A stretch of 64,000 bases of DNA from a virus (Duplodnaviria; Caudoviricetes), in the IMG/VR virus record IMGVR_UViG_3300020047_016550, positions 1-64,000 of that record. The stretch is one strand, 5' to 3'. Of this stretch, positions 1 to 9,381 are shown one piece after another (position 1 is the stretch's first letter; every line of letters begins with the position of its first letter). The notes beneath the pieces were generated by a model, which ran no database searches, was not told the origin of the DNA, and was given only the letters and a program-made list of their open reading frames with translations. The position numbers and the translations under genes are program-made.

Positions 1-590
1 CGGTTTGCTTTAACGGCATCACGTAATTGCTCCGCTTTGCTTTTTAAGTCTTCGGGCGAAAGTGCCTTAAACTGTTCTTCTCCTTTTTCCGGATCGGTTT
101 CTTTTAAAAACCCTTCCACAAGTTCTGAATCCGTCAGACTTAAAACCTGGTTAAAATTTGAAGTAACGTTGAAATAAGCTTCTCTTGTTCCTCCGTTTTT
201 AATGAACTCAACAATGGCTTTGCCTTCTACTGAATCATCAAATTCTTTGAAATGGGCATATTTCCCGTTTAACAGTTTTTCTTCAATCTTTGCTTCGATT
301 GATTCTACGGTAGGATTTTCAATATCAAAGCCCAGGTGTTTTGCAAATGGCGTTAAATCAATAGGGTCCGGCTTTTCAACGGGAGGATCCAGAACAAACA
401 AATCGTCATTGACTTCTTGGTTGTTTTGCTCACCGTTTTGTTCTCCGGCTTTTGATTCTTCAGCGGGTTTTGCTTCTTCTCCCGGTTTTGCTTCTTCAGC
501 AGGTATTTCCGTCGAAATACTTACTAAATCATCTTTTACTTCGATAATTGTAGGAGCTTGCTCTTCAAATGCATGTTGTCCTGTTTCCAT
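1..590 (-). CDS. Acidic scaffold-like protein downstream of portal, truncated by window edge
   Basis: Not in the ORF track. Manual translation from ATG at 590 (METGQHAFEEQAPTIIEVKDD...EEAKPGEEAKPAEES...) stays open to position 1. Position after portal matches the pre-capsid gene of crAss-like phages. Confidence 0.7.
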   Translation of the reverse strand, partial: METGQHAFEEQAPTIIEVKDDLVSISTEIPAEEAKPGEEAKPAEESKAGEQNGEQNNQEVNDDLFVLDPPVEKPDPIDLTPFAKHLGFDIENPTVESIEAKIEEKLLNGKYAHFKEFDDSVEGKAIVEFIKNGGTREAYFNVTSNFNQVLSLTDSELVEGFLKETDPEKGEEQFKALSPEDLKSKAEQLRDAVKAN

Positions 591-615
591 AGTGCGAATA
601 TATAAAAATTAATAA

Positions 616-2820
616 TTACTGCGGTGCACTCATTTGCTGTTGTTGTTTTTGGGCCTGGATTTTATCTGATTCAGTTATCATTTCAGCCAAAACTTTACTC
701 ATGTCCGTTTTTCCTTTTGCCTCACCTTTTATAATCTCAATAACCATTTCGTGAAGCTGCTTGTCTTCCTGTAATTCTTTGGCCAATCTTTCGGCACGCT
801 GTTCTGAAGTTTCTTGCATTTGGGCTTCGGCCTGCATTTTTTTTGCTTCAAGTTCCCTGATTTTTTCCCATCCTTCTTCAAGGATACTTTTTGCTTCAGC
901 CAAAGTTTCGCTCATTTCAAATTTCATGGCATCAACCGGCCTCATTTCTCCGCCGTTTATTGCCTGGGGAAAATAACTTCTCATGATTTCACGGATGTAT
1001 CTTTCTTTTCCCGGATCATGAAGATAAGTCCAGTAAGAATTGTAAGGAATGTTTTTTATGGAATTCATGTATGCAATCCCTTCCACTCCTATCAGATTTA
1101 TAAAAAAATCGGGGTCATTGGCTATTGCTACTTTTCCGTATTCAATTAACCGGCCCAAAACATTCTCCGTGAATTTGTCAAAAAAATAAGTCCTTGCAAA
1201 AGTTATTGAACGGGAAGCCTGTATTGCATTTGTACCGGCCGTTGCAGTTTGTGAAGCTTTGGGCATTCCTTCCCTGTTTTCATTTATTCCGGTAACACGG
1301 TCTCCGATACGATCTATCGCGTCAATAATATTTATGCATTGTTGTACCGTAGTTGACGCCGAAAGGTCAATTTCGTTCATTCCCAATTTTTGGGTATTTG
1401 TCATGTCAGCTCCGTATTCATTTCCTTCGGCAGCTGAATTTACTTCTACTATACCATGGTTGATTGCATCGTACAAAACACCTTTCATTGTGCCCCCTTT
1501 TTTCATGTAGGCACGGTCAAATGTGGTAATTTTCCCTTTTGCTTTTTTAATTTCCCGTGTAATCATACCGATGCATACATCGTATAATTCGGAAAGGCCT
1601 TCAAGAAGTCCGTATAAAGAAACACTTCCGCCGGCCGTTCGGTTAAACAAAAGACCCGTATATGAATATGTGGCATCCGCCGGCGATTCAAAACTGCCCA
1701 TTACATACTTTTTTCGCTCCATGTTGGTATACACGGTTTCTCCGATTCGCGTTGCTGTATAAATGAACGTTTTGTATCTTCTGCCTACATTGTATTTTTG
1801 CTTTTTGACATTGTTGGCATGTGTTTCCCATTCATCTTCAAAATCCATGGGATTTGAATAAAAAGGTTTTGTGTGGGTTTTTCCGTAATTGTCAACCGAT
1901 ATTTTGTAATAAAGAGGGGATTCGGCTTTAAATTCTATGTCGGTTACCCAAAACAACATTCCCCTGGTATTGTCGTATTCATAAAAATTAAGGCCGTTGT
2001 ATTGGTTATTGGGAGCTGTTGTTCCCCGAATTGATTTTAATTCCTGAATCTGGCTTGAGGTTAAATCATAAGCAGATAATATTTCTTCAAGGGTCATTTG
2101 TTTTCTGGCTCCTATCACCGGAGTCCTTTCAAGAAAAGGATCATCATCCAGTTCCACAAATATTGAATTCCTTATGTCAATACTTTTGTATTGGGGTATT
2201 TTTGTGCTTTCATTGTAAACAACCTGGCCGAATGTTTCATCGGCCAGAAGAAGATGTTTATAATCCCTGAACAATTTTGATTTTACGTTTCCTTTTTCAA
2301 TGAGTCCGTTTAAAACAAGCTGCATTACGTTTTCATGCTGCAACCGGTCTCTCATTTTATATTCCTGGCTTGTCGGGTCCTCATTTGGAACGGGAAGATT
2401 TTCAAACATGTCAATCCCTGAAATGCTTTTGACTTTATCACGGGCTTCTCTTCCGTGATATAAACCGGTCATTAATGCCAGCTTGTTAAACTTTTCAATT
2501 TTGGCCGAAGGATTTACTGAATAAACAACTCCGTTTAAAGGCTTTTCAAGCATTTCCCCTAAAAGAAGATACAGCTTTGCCGCTGCATAATTGTTGTTTT
2601 TTACGATATGTAAATGCTGGCGGTTTCCAAGTTTATTCATTGAATCGTAATCCTGCGTCACATATCCCGCAAAACGATTCATGTAACGGTCTATTTTCTG
2701 CACTTCAAGAAGTCTTTTATAAGAATTCATTTCGGCAACCGTTATAAATTGCTTGAACCACTCTTTATCATTTTTAAACTTTTCTTGTTCAGTGTTTAAC
2801 TGGTCCGGGAAATAGCTCAT
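616..2820 (-). CDS. Portal protein (crAss-like)
   Basis: 734 aa directly after terminase. Recalled crAss portal features: IxTFDRAY, AINHGIVEVNS, IDxIGDRVTGINENREG, C-terminal coiled coil. Confidence 0.85.
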   Translation of the reverse strand: MSYFPDQLNTEQEKFKNDKEWFKQFITVAEMNSYKRLLEVQKIDRYMNRFAGYVTQDYDSMNKLGNRQHLHIVKNNNYAAAKLYLLLGEMLEKPLNGVVYSVNPSAKIEKFNKLALMTGLYHGREARDKVKSISGIDMFENLPVPNEDPTSQEYKMRDRLQHENVMQLVLNGLIEKGNVKSKLFRDYKHLLLADETFGQVVYNESTKIPQYKSIDIRNSIFVELDDDPFLERTPVIGARKQMTLEEILSAYDLTSSQIQELKSIRGTTAPNNQYNGLNFYEYDNTRGMLFWVTDIEFKAESPLYYKISVDNYGKTHTKPFYSNPMDFEDEWETHANNVKKQKYNVGRRYKTFIYTATRIGETVYTNMERKKYVMGSFESPADATYSYTGLLFNRTAGGSVSLYGLLEGLSELYDVCIGMITREIKKAKGKITTFDRAYMKKGGTMKGVLYDAINHGIVEVNSAAEGNEYGADMTNTQKLGMNEIDLSASTTVQQCINIIDAIDRIGDRVTGINENREGMPKASQTATAGTNAIQASRSITFARTYFFDKFTENVLGRLIEYGKVAIANDPDFFINLIGVEGIAYMNSIKNIPYNSYWTYLHDPGKERYIREIMRSYFPQAINGGEMRPVDAMKFEMSETLAEAKSILEEGWEKIRELEAKKMQAEAQMQETSEQRAERLAKELQEDKQLHEMVIEIIKGEAKGKTDMSKVLAEMITESDKIQAQKQQQQMSAPQ

Positions 2821-2847
2821 TGTTTTTTTTTGTAAATGTAGAAAAAG

Positions 2848-4944
2848 TTAATCAAATGAACTGAATGTCGTTTCGTGTGTGTCGGAATAGTTTTCTTCTT
2901 TTCCTTCAAAATTTTTAATTTCCGAATATCCTTCCGAAGTATGGCTGTATTCCTGAAAACTGGAAATCATAGTTTCTTCTTCTTTCTTTTTTTCAGTTGC
3001 GCGCTCGGGCTGCAATTTTATTTCACCGTCCATAACAAGGGCCAGGCCCAGTGCATCTACTTCATCCCAGTCATTGTCCGTTGTTACTTCGTCATAATTG
3101 GCCAGCCCGTTTATTACATGCGGGAAAACACATTCGTCAACGTAATCATCGGTATAAGACTGTATAAGTGATATTACCTGTTTTTTTGATTCCGGGGAAG
3201 TAGTAAACTTCATTCCGTATTCATGAGTCTGTTTACTGTTGGCGCTTTCATATTTTCTCGGTCTTTTTGCAAGCATTCCGACAAGGCCTATTTTTTTTAG
3301 GTAATCAACTATCCTTGAAGAACCGGCATCTATCATCACTTTTCTTTGAAGGCCGTATAAAACCATTCCTTTGGCACATAGTTCAAAAAACAGCTCTTTT
3401 CTTTTTGGCCGGCACCTGATTAATGCAACCGGGACTTTTTTACCTATAAGACTGTTTCCCCTGGGCCCGTAAACATTGTAGGCGTTTCTTCTCAAAATCA
3501 ACATTGATCCCAAAGATTTTGATGTGGCCGAAAGGTCTTGGTCATACCCGTCAAGACCGGCTACGTCCAAATTTTTAAACTGCGGTTCCGGGCCGGCAAA
3601 AATCATGATATATTCATCTTCGTCCGGATAATCAGCCAAATCAAATTCAATCATTTTTACTTTTAAAGGATTCAGTTTGTTACCTGATTTGTCGGTTTCC
3701 CATTCAAGTCTGTATGTTTTGTAAGGAAGCTCGGTAAGAGAACTTAAATATAAATCCTGTTCACTTATTTTTATTGAATTAAAATTATTTGCATTTAAAT
3801 TCAAAAAAGCCTCTTTTTCATTTGTGGCCCAGTTTTGTAGAAAGTCAAAGTATTTTTTTAACGATTTACCCCTTTTAAGTTTTAATTTTTTGCTTTCTAT
3901 ACTTTCAAGAGAAGCTTTTATGTCTTCACAACCGGTCAGCTGTTCGTCTGAAAGATTTAATTCTTCTTTGAGTTTTTTAAGGTTTGTGCATTTACTGTCG
4001 TTCCGTTCTCCGTTATCCGATCTTGAACCCCAGTAATATTTATTATTCAGCCTTTGGGAAAAAATTGCACACTTTATAAGATTAAAGTCTTCTGCAGCTT
4101 CCCACATTTCCATAAAACCTTTGGAGCCTCCTTTTATGTTTCCTCCGGTTCCATAAACATACGGAGTACCGATCATTTCATCTCCCATTTTAAAAGAGTC
4201 TTCCGTAGCTCCAAATCCTTCAATAAGTAAACCGTTTTCTCCGGACTCTTCAAATATTGCCGCATCAAGAAAAGTTCCTTTTAAAACGTTTGGATCGCTG
4301 TTCATCGTACGTAATTTTACCGTACTGAATGAACCGTCCCTCTTAAATCCCTGGTCCGTTTTTATTTCATATCCCACTACAATTTCAGGTGGCGTTCCTG
4401 AAAGATAATTCAAACGTAATTCCGGATACCGGTTAAGTTCGGCCGATGTTAATTTTGAACCGAAATCCAGAACATATTTTTCAAGACCTGCCGCAACCGC
4501 CGCCTGATATCCCATGAAATTAAAACGTAAGCCGTAATCTATTTCCATGTTTACGACTTTTTCAGACATTCCCCGGCGACGTGATTTAAGGCCTATGATT
4601 CCTTTTTTCTTTGCTTTTGCTTCTTCAATAAGCTGGCTGAATTCATAATCCACGTCAACAAATTCGGGAAGGTGTTTACCTCTTTTTACGGTAGTAATTA
4701 AACAGTGGTTCAGGTAATAATAATAACGGCCGTTTATAATGAATCCGTTTCCGGCGTCATAACCGTTTATGCATCTGTCAACTTCACGGCTCCAGAATTC
4801 TTCCCATAAAGCAGTTCCCACACACGAAGGATTTTTTATTGAATCCGCAAAAAAAGGAATCCCGTATTTTTTTACGGGCTGCGGATCAAAACCTTTAGGT
4901 TTGATTAACGGTTCATATTTTAAAAATCTTACATCAGAAATCAT
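2848..4944 (-). CDS. terL: Terminase large subunit (crAss-like)
   Basis: INGRYYYYLN adenine-binding region, Walker A LKSRRRGMS, Walker B FEESGE, YGTGG motif, RNase H-like AGLDGYDQD and DEVDALG. No intein or intron seen. Confidence 0.93.
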   Translation of the reverse strand: MISDVRFLKYEPLIKPKGFDPQPVKKYGIPFFADSIKNPSCVGTALWEEFWSREVDRCINGYDAGNGFIINGRYYYYLNHCLITTVKRGKHLPEFVDVDYEFSQLIEEAKAKKKGIIGLKSRRRGMSEKVVNMEIDYGLRFNFMGYQAAVAAGLEKYVLDFGSKLTSAELNRYPELRLNYLSGTPPEIVVGYEIKTDQGFKRDGSFSTVKLRTMNSDPNVLKGTFLDAAIFEESGENGLLIEGFGATEDSFKMGDEMIGTPYVYGTGGNIKGGSKGFMEMWEAAEDFNLIKCAIFSQRLNNKYYWGSRSDNGERNDSKCTNLKKLKEELNLSDEQLTGCEDIKASLESIESKKLKLKRGKSLKKYFDFLQNWATNEKEAFLNLNANNFNSIKISEQDLYLSSLTELPYKTYRLEWETDKSGNKLNPLKVKMIEFDLADYPDEDEYIMIFAGPEPQFKNLDVAGLDGYDQDLSATSKSLGSMLILRRNAYNVYGPRGNSLIGKKVPVALIRCRPKRKELFFELCAKGMVLYGLQRKVMIDAGSSRIVDYLKKIGLVGMLAKRPRKYESANSKQTHEYGMKFTTSPESKKQVISLIQSYTDDYVDECVFPHVINGLANYDEVTTDNDWDEVDALGLALVMDGEIKLQPERATEKKKEEETMISSFQEYSHTSEGYSEIKNFEGKEENYSDTHETTFSSFD

Positions 4945-5515
4945 CGGCGTATTTTTTAGTTTCAGTCTGCTGTTCTTTCATTTCGTTTTCAAGCTTTTTA
5001 AGTCTTTCCTGTTCTTCGCGCTTTTTGTTTCTGTTTATTTTCTCGAGAAAAGAAAGTTTTCTGTCGCCTTTAAGTTCAATTTCGTCTTCCGTTTTTTTGA
5101 TTTTTGACTCCATTTCCTCAATCCTTTTCTGCAAGGCTGATATAGCGCTGTCAATCGCTTTTATGGAAACGTGTGAAGTTTCATCCATTAACTGTTCTGT
5201 TAATAGCAAAATCTTCTTTTTGTATGAGTTAAGTATTTCATAATCAACATCATACTGCAAATAAGAATATTCTTCTTTGGCTTTTAGGATTAACGGGCTT
5301 ATTTCAATTTCCGTTTCTCCGAACCATTTTTTCCATGACTTTATTTTTTTGGTTTCTTCATCTATGTATTGCCAGAAAGATCCATGGTAATCTACCCAGT
5401 CAACAAGAAATCCCAATTCTTTTGAATTGAGTTTTTTGATGTGCTCACTAAGCTGGATTATTTCGGGATGTAAGGAAACTCCCGTATTTTTATTGACTCT
5501 GAATAGTGTAAGCAT
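4934..5515 (-). CDS. Hypothetical coiled-coil protein, candidate terminase small subunit
   Basis: 193 aa overlapping the terL start, helical C-terminus. Assignment is positional only. Confidence 0.45.
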   Translation of the reverse strand: MLTLFRVNKNTGVSLHPEIIQLSEHIKKLNSKELGFLVDWVDYHGSFWQYIDEETKKIKSWKKWFGETEIEISPLILKAKEEYSYLQYDVDYEILNSYKKKILLLTEQLMDETSHVSIKAIDSAISALQKRIEEMESKIKKTEDEIELKGDRKLSFLEKINRNKKREEQERLKKLENEMKEQQTETKKYADDF

Positions 5516-5563
5516 ACGTAATGTTTAAAAAAGAAACCCGCACATGCGGGTTTCAAATATACT

Positions 5564-5920
5564 TTAGTTTTCCTCAACTTGCTGCGCGCCCCAGTCATTT
5601 TCTGTCAAATCCATCTGGTTTGGCATCCATCCGATCATAACTGAATCGTCGGCCGCTTTTAGGCAAAAATGCCCTCTTAAACGGATAGGCACGTCTTTTG
5701 CCTTGATTTTTTCGTTTTCCGTAAAAGCAAAATTTTTAAGCACCCCGGCCCGGAACGCCGGAGATATTGTTTCTTTTGCGTCAACAATGTCCTGGGCGCT
5801 TACGATTACTTCTCCCTGATAAAAAACGTACATTCTTTTTCCGTTCCATCCTTTGCGAAAAATTATAAATTTTCCTGTTTTTGCAAGTTCAGAAGCCTGC
5901 CCGAAAGTTAATCCCTCCAT
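5564..5920 (-). CDS. tad2: DUF2829 / Tad2-like immune-signal sponge
   Basis: LTFGQASELAK...RKGWNGKRMYVF...GWMPNQMDLTENDW matches the family pattern FGxALExxK..RKGWNGK...GWxxSQxDxLAxDW. Start moved to MEGLTF at 5920, overlapping the upstream stop. Confidence 0.8.
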   Translation of the reverse strand: MEGLTFGQASELAKTGKFIIFRKGWNGKRMYVFYQGEVIVSAQDIVDAKETISPAFRAGVLKNFAFTENEKIKAKDVPIRLRGHFCLKAADDSVMIGWMPNQMDLTENDWGAQQVEEN

Positions 5921-6153
5921 GTCATTGCTTTTATTGCCCACATCTGGGCGGTTTGTAATTCGGTAATTGTAATGGAACATAAACGTTTTTGTTCCGGAGA
6001 TTCCGTTACGTTCCGTAAGTTGTGCTGTTCGTCAATCAAATCCGCAAAGCGTTTTTTTGTCTGGTGAATGGCATCATTGTTACCGGGATTGAATGTGATC
6101 CCTACTGCTTTTTCGCCGAATGTCAATTCGCGCGTTTCTAATTCTTCTGGCAT
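5908..6153 (-). CDS. Acb2/Tad1-like helical-hairpin protein, putative nucleotide-signal sponge
   Basis: GITFNPGNNDAIHQTKKRFADLID...RLCSITITELQTAQMWAIKA resembles the recalled FNPxG..IKxxxAxLID..R..AxTxLExAxMWAxKA family. Confidence 0.6.
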   Translation of the reverse strand: MPEELETRELTFGEKAVGITFNPGNNDAIHQTKKRFADLIDEQHNLRNVTESPEQKRLCSITITELQTAQMWAIKAMTWRD

Positions 6154-6206
6154 ATTAAATTGTTTTGGGTTTTACTAAGCCGCCCATGGCTGTTATTGAA
6201 AAAATT

Positions 6207-7037
6207 TTAAACCGAAAGAAGTTTTTCAAAATCACTTTTCAGATAAGGAATGTGATACGGAACAACGGCTTTGTTTTTCAAATCTACATAATAAAGTATC
6301 AACCTTCTGATTATGCAGTCATATTCCGTTTCGAGAATATACGCATATCCGGAAACCTGCAGGCCGTAATGATAAAAATTGCAATCTTCAAAATGGGATA
6401 AAGGCGGAAGCATTTTCAGTTTGTATCTGGAATATGTTTCAATTCCCCTACGGATATTTGTTTTATAATCCGTAATGTCAACAATTCTTTTTCCTTTTGA
6501 TTTCCCGACTTCAAAAATTTTATCCGATGTTCCGCATATACCGTGCTTAAATGAAGCGATTACCGCTTCCGGATACAGTCTTTTTGCGTCGGTATGGAAA
6601 GAAAGAACCTGTTTCATCATTTCTACGTTTTCTTCCTGGGAAGATTCAATTGCTTCTCCTTTTGCATGGGATTCTGCCGCATTATGAAAATTGGTTCCCT
6701 GGCTTGAACTGTAATCGCTTATCTGTTTCCAGTCTTTCTTTTTTTTATCAGCAGCAATCTGCATCAGTTCTTTTGAATAATATTTCATCCCGCTTTCACG
6801 GAGCATTTTACCTCCTGAAGCTTTTGACATCATTTCCGTATCAAACTTGTTTTTGAATTTTCCCAGAAAAGAACTCATGCTTTCGAATTCCCGTCCTTTC
6901 TCGTCAAAATATTTATGGCCCGGTTCATAAAGCCTTACGCCTCCCGAAAACGGCTGTAAGACATTTACGATTCCCGCGGGATGAAAATCATTCTTACTTA
7001 CATTCTTTGAGCTGGATATAATGTTCATTTTTGTCAA
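6207..7037 (-). CDS. PD-(D/E)XK (RecB/lambda-exo-like) exonuclease
   Basis: GTNFHNAAE, GICGTSDKI, DITDYKTN and YGLQVSGY motifs. Confidence 0.85.
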   Translation of the reverse strand: MTKMNIISSSKNVSKNDFHPAGIVNVLQPFSGGVRLYEPGHKYFDEKGREFESMSSFLGKFKNKFDTEMMSKASGGKMLRESGMKYYSKELMQIAADKKKKDWKQISDYSSSQGTNFHNAAESHAKGEAIESSQEENVEMMKQVLSFHTDAKRLYPEAVIASFKHGICGTSDKIFEVGKSKGKRIVDITDYKTNIRRGIETYSRYKLKMLPPLSHFEDCNFYHYGLQVSGYAYILETEYDCIIRRLILYYVDLKNKAVVPYHIPYLKSDFEKLLSV

Positions 7038-7413
7038 TGTTGTATTTTACGGTAACATCAAGAATTATTCCTCTTTTTTTACTGAAAAGAAGTTTGAATG
7101 CATCAAAAATGGTTATCGGAAATTTCACTTTTTTAATTACCGAATGTTCTTTATTGAAACTTCTTTCAACAGCCATCAGCGAAATGAATTTTTTGAGTAT
7201 CGGTTTACTCACCGAACTTATATTGTTTATCCGGCCATATTCGTCATGGAGTGACATTATCGCGTTAACACTCATTTTTTCAAGTCCGGATACCACTTCA
7301 AACAAAAATATTCTTTCCCTCGTGCTTAACTTCTCAAATGCCTGTAAAGGCGAACCGCCGCATGAAGCGACGGCACAATCCCAATACAGGTCAATAATTT
7401 CTACTGATTCCAT
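6994..7413 (-). CDS. Hypothetical protein
   Basis: 139-aa ORF tightly packed in the leftward operon. Confidence 0.6.
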   Translation of the reverse strand: MESVEIIDLYWDCAVASCGGSPLQAFEKLSTRERIFLFEVVSGLEKMSVNAIMSLHDEYGRINNISSVSKPILKKFISLMAVERSFNKEHSVIKKVKFPITIFDAFKLLFSKKRGIILDVTVKYNIDKNEHYIQLKECK

Positions 7414-8117
7414 TAAAAGTCTTCCCCCTCTGTTATTTTAGTTTGTTTTCCTTTTCCCTTTTTTGTGGTTTGCGGAACTTCAACAAGCTCCGGCTCCAAC
7501 GGTGCAAGGTCATTCGGTAAATAAGCAACACCTCCGTTTGCTTCAATAATGGCCCTTGCTTCTTCCAGCAGTTCTTCCGGAGAAATGGTTTCGTTTTCTA
7601 TGCTTTTGTGAATCTCTTCATACTGCTGGTATTCTTCTTTGTCTTTTGCGGTACGCATTTTTTCAAAGTTAAAATCCATTACCAGCTGCTTTTCGTTCAC
7701 TTTGACTTCGCCGGAAAGATAAGCGCGTATTTCTTCAACAAGGATATCCCATTCATCTTCCAGGTTTGAAAATGCCGGATAATCTCCTTCGGTCAAAAAC
7801 GGGGTAGTTACCGAAAACCATCCGCCGGTAAGGTCTGATTTTACTTTTACGGAAATGGTAAAACCCTGGCTTTTGCAGTTGATTGAAACAAGTTCCGTTT
7901 CATAGCGGGCTTCACGTTTAAGGTGACAGATGTTTATTGCACGCTGGATAAAAGGCTCGCATGCTTTTTTCAGTTCCGTGTGCGCCGGCGCGGGACACTT
8001 TTTTGTGTAGTTGTTCGGGAAACTGAAATCCCCTGATTTTTCCGTTGAATCATAACCCACTTCAAGGCCTTCAACACCGTTTCTTTTAAATTTTACGGAA
8101 TTAATTACTTTGCTCAT
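7413..8117 (-). CDS. Hypothetical protein with acidic tail
   Basis: Likely start MSKVINSV at 8117. The longer track call overlaps the upstream gene in another frame. Ends in EGEDF like several native genes. Confidence 0.65.
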   Translation of the reverse strand: MSKVINSVKFKRNGVEGLEVGYDSTEKSGDFSFPNNYTKKCPAPAHTELKKACEPFIQRAINICHLKREARYETELVSINCKSQGFTISVKVKSDLTGGWFSVTTPFLTEGDYPAFSNLEDEWDILVEEIRAYLSGEVKVNEKQLVMDFNFEKMRTAKDKEEYQQYEEIHKSIENETISPEELLEEARAIIEANGGVAYLPNDLAPLEPELVEVPQTTKKGKGKQTKITEGEDF

Positions 8118-8442
8118 ATTGATATAAAATAAATGTTTCTTCTTTGGCCAATAAAAGATATGCTTCTTTTTCGGCAATTTTAAATCCTTCCAGCTTGAAA
8201 TACGTTTTACGGGTAACCACGGATATACAGATAAGTTTTCTGTAAACAAACACATATCCTTCTTTGGCTTTTTTGGAAACAAAAGAATAAAGCATTTTGT
8301 CAAGTTCCTGGAACTCGACGCAGGCTCCGCAAAAATAATCCGTATCCGGATCCTTTTTAACCGCTTTTTCTTTTCCTCCCAGGTAAGCCCAGGCTCCTTC
8401 ATTTCTTACTACGGACATCTCTTCTTCGTTTTTCTCTTTCAT
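8101..8442 (-). CDS. Hypothetical protein
   Basis: Start placed after the hairpin/U-tract cassette at about 8450-8485. Stop overlaps the next start. Confidence 0.6.
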   Translation of the reverse strand: MKEKNEEEMSVVRNEGAWAYLGGKEKAVKKDPDTDYFCGACVEFQELDKMLYSFVSKKAKEGYVFVYRKLICISVVTRKTYFKLEGFKIAEKEAYLLLAKEETFILYQYEQSN

Positions 8443-8514
8443 TTTTTCAGTAAAGAAAAAGCGCCCTTCGGCGCCTTTCCTTAACTTTAACATTTAACCG
8501 AAAGAATACCGGAA

Positions 8515-8545
8515 CAAATATAATAATGTTGTACCGATATGCAAC
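8515..8545 (-). promoter_or_regulatory. Bacteroidota sigma-A-type promoter with 18-bp palindrome over the -33 box
   Basis: Minus strand reads GTTGCATATCGGTACAAC-attat-TATATTTG. -7 consensus is TAnnTTTG; spacer from GTTG is 19 nt. Confidence 0.65.
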
Positions 8546-8584
8546 TATTTTGATAAATTTTTAATAAAGAAAAAAAACTGCGAT

Positions 8585-9154
8585 TTATCCGGGATTTTCT
8601 AAAAACAGTTTCATTCTTTCCAAAACATCCGCCGGCGTATGTCCGTCAAACTCAATCAAAGGATACTCATAATCGGGTATTTTAAATAAATCCCATTCGT
8701 TAAGCCTGTAATGATTGGATATCATTCCATGCGGCAAAAGCGCAATCACGATAAACCAACCGCCGCCAAAACAAAGTTCTTTATCGGAATGATGCATGCT
8801 TTTATGAACTACGTAAGGATTACCCTCAATTTTCGCAAGCTCGTTAAAAAACGCAGCATTGTACATTTTACGGAATTCATAAAGCTCTCTGTAACTGTGG
8901 TATCCGTCCGAATATTTACTTTTAAATTCGCTTGCCGTATTATCTATAAGCATCTGAACTTTTAAAAATCCTTCTTCGTCATTAATCTGTTTTTCGTTTT
9001 TTTCATGGGAGAAAAAATAGCTTTCAAGGATTTCCAGTTCTTTTTTGTGTTTCCTTCTTTCAGAATACAATGCTTTTGAGTATGCGGCCAAAATAAGAAG
9101 GCCCGAAAATAAAACGACGTTTAAGATGTCGTATTCCTGTAAAAGTTGTGTCAT
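8585..9154 (-). CDS. WDGH-domain protein with N-terminal TM helix
   Basis: SDGYHSYRELYEFR...HKSMHHSD...WFIVIALLPHGMISNHY...WDLF...FDGHTPADVLER fits the recalled WDGH family. Start MTQLL follows a hairpin cassette. Confidence 0.7.
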   Translation of the reverse strand: MTQLLQEYDILNVVLFSGLLILAAYSKALYSERRKHKKELEILESYFFSHEKNEKQINDEEGFLKVQMLIDNTASEFKSKYSDGYHSYRELYEFRKMYNAAFFNELAKIEGNPYVVHKSMHHSDKELCFGGGWFIVIALLPHGMISNHYRLNEWDLFKIPDYEYPLIEFDGHTPADVLERMKLFLENPG

Positions 9155-9221
9155 CTGTTTTTTGTTTTTAATATGAAAATTTAAATTTAAACCCTTTGAT
9201 AAAAAGCCCATTAAAACGGGC

Positions 9222-9281
9222 TGATAACGGTCGATTAGCGCAATTCCGCTGCGCTCCACTTCGCCCAGCTTTGCGTTGGGC
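9222..9281 (-). mobile_element. attC-like (59-base-element-like) site
   Basis: Minus strand GCCCAAC-gcaaagctgggcgaagtggagcgcagcggaattgcgctaatcgacc-GTTATCA: RYYYAAC...GTT ends, 60 bp, imperfect internal palindrome, GC-rich in very AT-rich flanks. Confidence 0.5.
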
Positions 9282-9381
9282 GATATTTAAGACACCTACC
9301 GGAATTCCAGAATATTTTGCACATTTAATAAACAAAACAAGATCCGGTATATTTTCAAACTCTTTTTTCATAAAACGTGTT

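Noticed and set aside
202-612. 136-aa plus-strand ORF and the many short antisense ORFs over late genes
   Set aside because: Shadows of minus-strand genes; the real gene here is the minus-strand frame from 590.
2848-4944. Intein or intron in terL, or DGR/retron in the window
   Set aside because: Continuous ORF of normal size, with no homing endonuclease or reverse transcriptase motifs seen.
6207-7037. Cas4-like nuclease
   Set aside because: Lacks the four-Cys Fe-S motif; an ordinary PD-(D/E)XK exonuclease.
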